Shown: positions 58,563-61,522 of the stretch, one piece after another
Position numbering within the stretch: position 1 is the first letter of the stretch
Layout of the letters: every line of letters begins with the position of its first letter
NCBI GenBank assembly: GCA_046582635.1
Contig: JAYGEA010000160.1
Location: forward strand, 1 to 61,522
DNA from: Alphaproteobacteria bacterium
GTDB lineage: Bacteria; Pseudomonadota; Alphaproteobacteria; GCA-2731375
Direction of reading: 5' to 3'
DNA: 61,522 nucleotides
The notes under the pieces: model-generated
The model's input: only the letters and a program-made list of their open reading frames with translations
What the model was told of the DNA's origin: nothing
The model's database searches: none
Made by a program: the position numbers and the translations under genes

Positions 58563-58865
58563 ATGTCTTCTAAAATTACCCGTCGCAATCTGATGAAAAA
58601 CACCGCCATGGCCACGGCCATCACGGCCGGCGCCGGCACGGCGTTTTTTGGTCCGTGGAAGAACAACCGCGTTTGGGCCGCGGGCACCAAGCCGATCAAG
58701 ATCGGTCTGACCCATGACGCCTCGGGCCAGTTCGCCAACTCCGGCCAGGCCGAAAAGCGCGGCACCATCATGGCCATCGAAGAGGCCAACGCCAAGGGCG
58801 GCGTGGCCGGCCGCAAGGTCGAATTTGTCTGGATGGACACGGAGACCACGCCGCAGACCGGCAAC
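58563..58865 (+). pseudogene. 5' fragment (~100 codons) of a Tat-signal ABC transporter substrate-binding protein (LivK/amide-type family)
   Basis: GGGAGG RBS, then MSSKITRRNLMKNTAMATAITAGAG (twin-arginine signal). IKIGLTHDASGQFANSGQAEKRGTIMAIEEANAKGGVAGRKVEFVWMDTETTPQTG is a normal N-terminal lobe. After about 58862 the frame continues as non-homologous sequence. No permease or ATPase genes follow. Confidence 0.6.
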
Positions 58866-58873
58866 CTCCTGGA

Positions 58874-59384
58874 TCACCTGGCCCATGCTGCTGTCGTTTG
58901 CGGTCTTCGGCACCATGCCGTTGTGGATCCATGCCGTGGGGCTGTAACCAAGTTCAATTCGCCGTTTCTGTTGAAGAACGGCAGTCCCACGGTCTCGTCG
59001 AATTCAATCTGCTGGTCCGCATTGGGGTCGTACGTATCCGTACCAACATGGCGCAGGGTTGCGTGATGATGTGTGATAACAGCTCGTAAGTTTTTTCCCG
59101 CCGCCGCTCAGGAATGAATTCAAGGTAGTTCCGACAGGTAATCTTCTGACCATAGCGGTCCACCATGGTTGTTCCCACTAAACGCAATGTAATTTGACCC
59201 GGGATGGCAAATTCATGAATCGAAATGTGGGGCAAAAGGTTTGGCACCTGGCCGGATCGAAATCCTGCCGTCGCGGTACCAAGGCACCGTTGCGCAGGGA
59301 TATCCAATAGCGGACGAATTCACGTGATGCCTTCGAATTGAAGTCCGCATTCGACAAAGCATTGTCGAGCTCGTCTTTTGCCAA
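58874..59384 (-). pseudogene. PAS-like (DUF1457-type) small protein gene with at least one, probably two, frameshifts
   Basis: From TTG 59384: ...SKASREFVRYWISLRNGALVPRRQDFDPA, then a 1-nt shift near 59248-59249 to VPNLLPHISIHEFAIPGQITLRLVGTTMVDRYGQKITCRNYLEFIP... A third frame near 59030-59045 carries the expected C-terminal ...ETVGLPFFNRNGELNLV. Family assignment from memory. Confidence 0.5.
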
Positions 59385-59514
59385 TTCCGAAATATTCCCT
59401 GTGCCGGTGAAACGAAATGACTTGATGCCAAAAAATCACACATACATGAACAATCCGTTTCCTTGACAGCCCGCAGGTTTGAGGCAGGATGACGGTTGGC
59501 AGGGGAGCACGGTT

Positions 59515-60951
59515 ATGAAGACAACGGTAATCAAAAACGCCGCCTGGGTGGTGTCCTGGAACCAGGGCACGGGCAAGCATCAATATTTGCGTGACGTGGA
59601 CGTGGCCTTCACCGGCAATCAGATCAGCCATGTGGGCGGCGGCTATGACGGCCCCGCCGATACGGAGATTTCCGGCCGCGATGTCATGGTGATGCCGGGT
59701 CTGGTCAATATCCACAGCCATCCCACATCCGAACCCCTGCGCAAGGGCATTACGGATGAGACACGCAGCCCGAACTTCTATCATTCCTCCCTCTACGAAT
59801 TTCTCACCATCTTCAACAACGACCCGGAAGGTACCCCGCCCTGCCACAAGGTTGCCATGGCCGAGCTGCTGTTAAGCGGCTGCACGACAATCGTGGATTA
59901 CTCCATGGCCTTTGACGGCTGGCTGGATCTGCTGGCCGAGTCGGGCATCCGCGCCTGCGTGGCGCCCTCGTTCCGGGATGCGCCCTGGTATACCAAGGAC
60001 GGCCATCTGCTGGAATATGATTGGAGCGATCCCGAACGGGGTCCGATGGGTTTCGAGGCCGCCAAGCGTACCATCGACCTGGCCAACCAGCGCCCCTCGG
60101 GCCGCCTGACCGGGATGATGTCGCCGGCGCAGATCGATACCTTGAGCCCGGAGTTGCTGCAGAGCACCCATGATTATGCCGAGGAGCGCAACCTGCCGTT
60201 CCAGATCCATGCGGCTCAATCCATGAACGAATTCATCGAAATGGTTCGCCGCCACGGCAAGACGCCGATCCGCTGGATGGATGACCTCGGAATTCTGACC
60301 GACCGCACCATTATCGGCCACGGCATATTCCTGGATCACCACCCTTGGCTGCACTGGTCTACCCGCGAGGACTTGGACCTGATCGCGGAGAGGGGCGCAA
60401 CGGTGGCTCATTGCCCCACGGTATTCATGCGCCGGGGCATTGCCCTGAACACCCTGGGCGGATATTTGAGGGCCGGCGTCAACATGGGCATGGGTACCGA
60501 TACCTACCCCCACAACATCCTGGACGAGATGCGCAACGCCCTGACCGTGGCCCGGGCCGTGGCCGGCACGGTGGATGATCTGAATACCTCCGATGTGTTC
60601 GAGGCGGCGACCACTGGCGGCGCCAAGGCCCTGCGCCGGGACGACATCGGCCGCCTGTCGGTGGGCGCCAAGGCCGATTTGGTCCTGGTCGATCTAAAAC
60701 ACCCGGCCATGCGCCCCTTGCGCGAACCCTTGCGCAGCTTGATCTACGTGGCGGGCGAACGGGCGGTCAGGGATGTTTACGTGGACGGCAACCTGGTGGT
60801 CGAAGGGGGCAAATGCCTGACCATCGACCTGGACGCCGAGCTGACGGCCCTGGAGGCGGCCCAACAACGTTCCATAGAGCGCGTGCCCGAGATCGACTTC
60901 GCCAACCGCACGGCCGATGAACTGGCGCCCATGGTTTACGATGTTAACTAA
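59515..60951 (+). CDS. amidohydrolase-family protein (chlorohydrolase/aminohydrolase, TrzA/SsnA/cytosine-deaminase-like)
   Basis: Start ATG 59515 (MKTTVIKNAAWVVSW...). PGLVNIHSHP metal motif, HAAQS, GMGTDT. Confidence 0.8.
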   Translation: MKTTVIKNAAWVVSWNQGTGKHQYLRDVDVAFTGNQISHVGGGYDGPADTEISGRDVMVMPGLVNIHSHPTSEPLRKGITDETRSPNFYHSSLYEFLTIFNNDPEGTPPCHKVAMAELLLSGCTTIVDYSMAFDGWLDLLAESGIRACVAPSFRDAPWYTKDGHLLEYDWSDPERGPMGFEAAKRTIDLANQRPSGRLTGMMSPAQIDTLSPELLQSTHDYAEERNLPFQIHAAQSMNEFIEMVRRHGKTPIRWMDDLGILTDRTIIGHGIFLDHHPWLHWSTREDLDLIAERGATVAHCPTVFMRRGIALNTLGGYLRAGVNMGMGTDTYPHNILDEMRNALTVARAVAGTVDDLNTSDVFEAATTGGAKALRRDDIGRLSVGAKADLVLVDLKHPAMRPLREPLRSLIYVAGERAVRDVYVDGNLVVEGGKCLTIDLDAELTALEAAQQRSIERVPEIDFANRTADELAPMVYDVN

Positions 60952-60984
60952 CCGGGACGCAGGTCGCGAAATTGGCAACGATGA

Positions 60985-61018
60985 AAGAGCGGCGGGAATA
61001 CTGCTCCCGTCCGCTCTT
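60985..61018 (+). terminator. weak terminator-like hairpin after the amidohydrolase gene
   Basis: aagagcggcggga / tcccgtccgctctt stem with one bulge. No T-run follows. Confidence 0.3.
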
Positions 61019-61295
61019 CCATCGTAATCCCTTTTCCCCCATACAGACGTTTGAAGGCCTTCGGTGACCTAGAAATCATCCAACAAAATTGCATGCGTAT
61101 GTGTTGTCATCATCGTTTTCCTTGGTTCGCCTTTAACGGCAACTCGCCACAAAAGATTTCCGTGGTATCGCACAACACGTCGTTTCGGCCCTCGCGCTTT
61201 GGCAAACCGGAATTCCCGGTCCCCGCCCCCCTGGTCGGGAAAGCCGTCGGCTTGGGGGGCTGAGCAGGTGTCTTGTGATCCAAGGAGAAACCAGA

Positions 61296-61522
61296 TCACG
61301 CCGCCTTGACGTATTTCAGGAAGGCGCCAACACTTTGTTTCAAGGTCTCGGATTGGCCCATCAGATCTTGAGCCGCCAGCAACACTTCGCCGGCGGACTT
61401 GCCGGTTGCCGTGGTCGCTTCGCTAACACCACTGATATTGTTGTTGACTTCCTCGGTACCGTTAGCCGCTTCCTGAGCATTCCGGCTGATCTCGCCGGTG
61501 GAAGCACCCTGCTGTTCGACGG
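61296..61522 (-). CDS. methyl-accepting chemotaxis protein, C-terminal 74 codons (5' part beyond the window)
   Basis: Not in the ORF track because it has no start in the window. The minus frame reads VEQQGASTGEISRNAQEAANGTEEVNNNISGVSEATTATGKSAGEVLLAAQDLMGQSETLKQSVGAFLKYVKAA-TGA, the conserved MCP signalling-domain tail. Confidence 0.85.
   Translation of the reverse strand, partial: VEQQGASTGEISRNAQEAANGTEEVNNNISGVSEATTATGKSAGEVLLAAQDLMGQSETLKQSVGAFLKYVKAA

Noticed and set aside
58511-58864. The 362-aa version of the GntR ORF, and likewise the 27501..27821 extension of the Fe-S protein ORF and the 20615..20815 extension of the membrane protein ORF.
   Set aside because: The extensions run antisense through neighbouring genes (SBP fragment, lipoprotein gene, MBL gene). 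They lack family-typical sequence, and better-placed internal starts with an RBS exist.
61051-61299. Small ORFs 61051..61263 (+) and 61069..61299 (-) in the 340-bp gap before the MCP gene, plus a gcccccc/ggggggc stem (61225-61260).
   Set aside because: No RBS, odd composition (Cys/His/Trp-rich), mutually overlapping, and no family resemblance. The stem has a 22-nt loop and no U-tract, so I cannot support either a gene or a terminator.

Overview
This is a GC-rich alphaproteobacterial chromosomal segment. Gene content and synteny look Rhodospirillales-like, but the taxon cannot be fixed from the sequence alone. It is almost fully coding and mostly housekeeping.

Gene content, 5' to 3':
- A purine/urate catabolic island: xdhC tail, BMP-type ABC importer, puuD, uraD, guaD, puuE and an NTF2/SnoaL-like gene.
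- A tightly packed 7-gene minus-strand operon. It embeds pcaH-pcaG-pcaB between two luciferase-like (LLM) oxidoreductases, an ABM monooxygenase and a D-aminoacylase-family amidohydrolase.
- An acyl-CoA module (enoyl-CoA hydratase, PrpE-like ligase, PaaI thioesterase) and a secreted MBL-fold hydrolase.
- typA.
- A small accessory patch: Ldh2-family reductase, REP-like repeats, UPF0158-like gene, VOC dioxygenase, duplicated-domain lipoprotein, Fe-S protein, MFS remnant.
- The conserved blocks thiD-glmM-folP-ftsH-tilS, cpoB-pal-tolB-tolA-tolR-tolQ-ybgC and ruvB-ruvA-ruvC-yebC.
- A cupin + membrane + spermidine-synthase-like module.
- YmdB-like phosphoesterase, 5-formyl-THF cyclo-ligase, a candidate 6S RNA, zapA and DUF4164.
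- tkt-gap-pgk-fba-thiE.
- A decayed GntR/SBP/PAS locus, an amidohydrolase and the 3' tail of a chemoreceptor gene.

I saw no tRNA, rRNA, CRISPR array, IS element, integrase, or recognisable defence or toxin-antitoxin module.

The most notable direct observation is that three conserved genes (puuE, the MBL hydrolase, and a membrane gene upstream of the spermidine-synthase-like gene) are each split by one in-frame TAG, with the reading frame continuing on both sides. There are also at least three indel frameshifts and two truncated gene remnants. TAG also terminates many intact genes here, so recent decay or sequence error is more likely than recoding. Read-level checks would decide.

I did not find a convincing wholly new system. 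The best candidates for unexplored biology are the atypical pca-type operon, the cupin/membrane/SpeE-like module and the puuE-coupled NTF2-like gene.

The ORF track uses GTG/TTG starts written as M. Several starts below were re-chosen from RBS position, family-typical N-termini and neighbouring stop codons.
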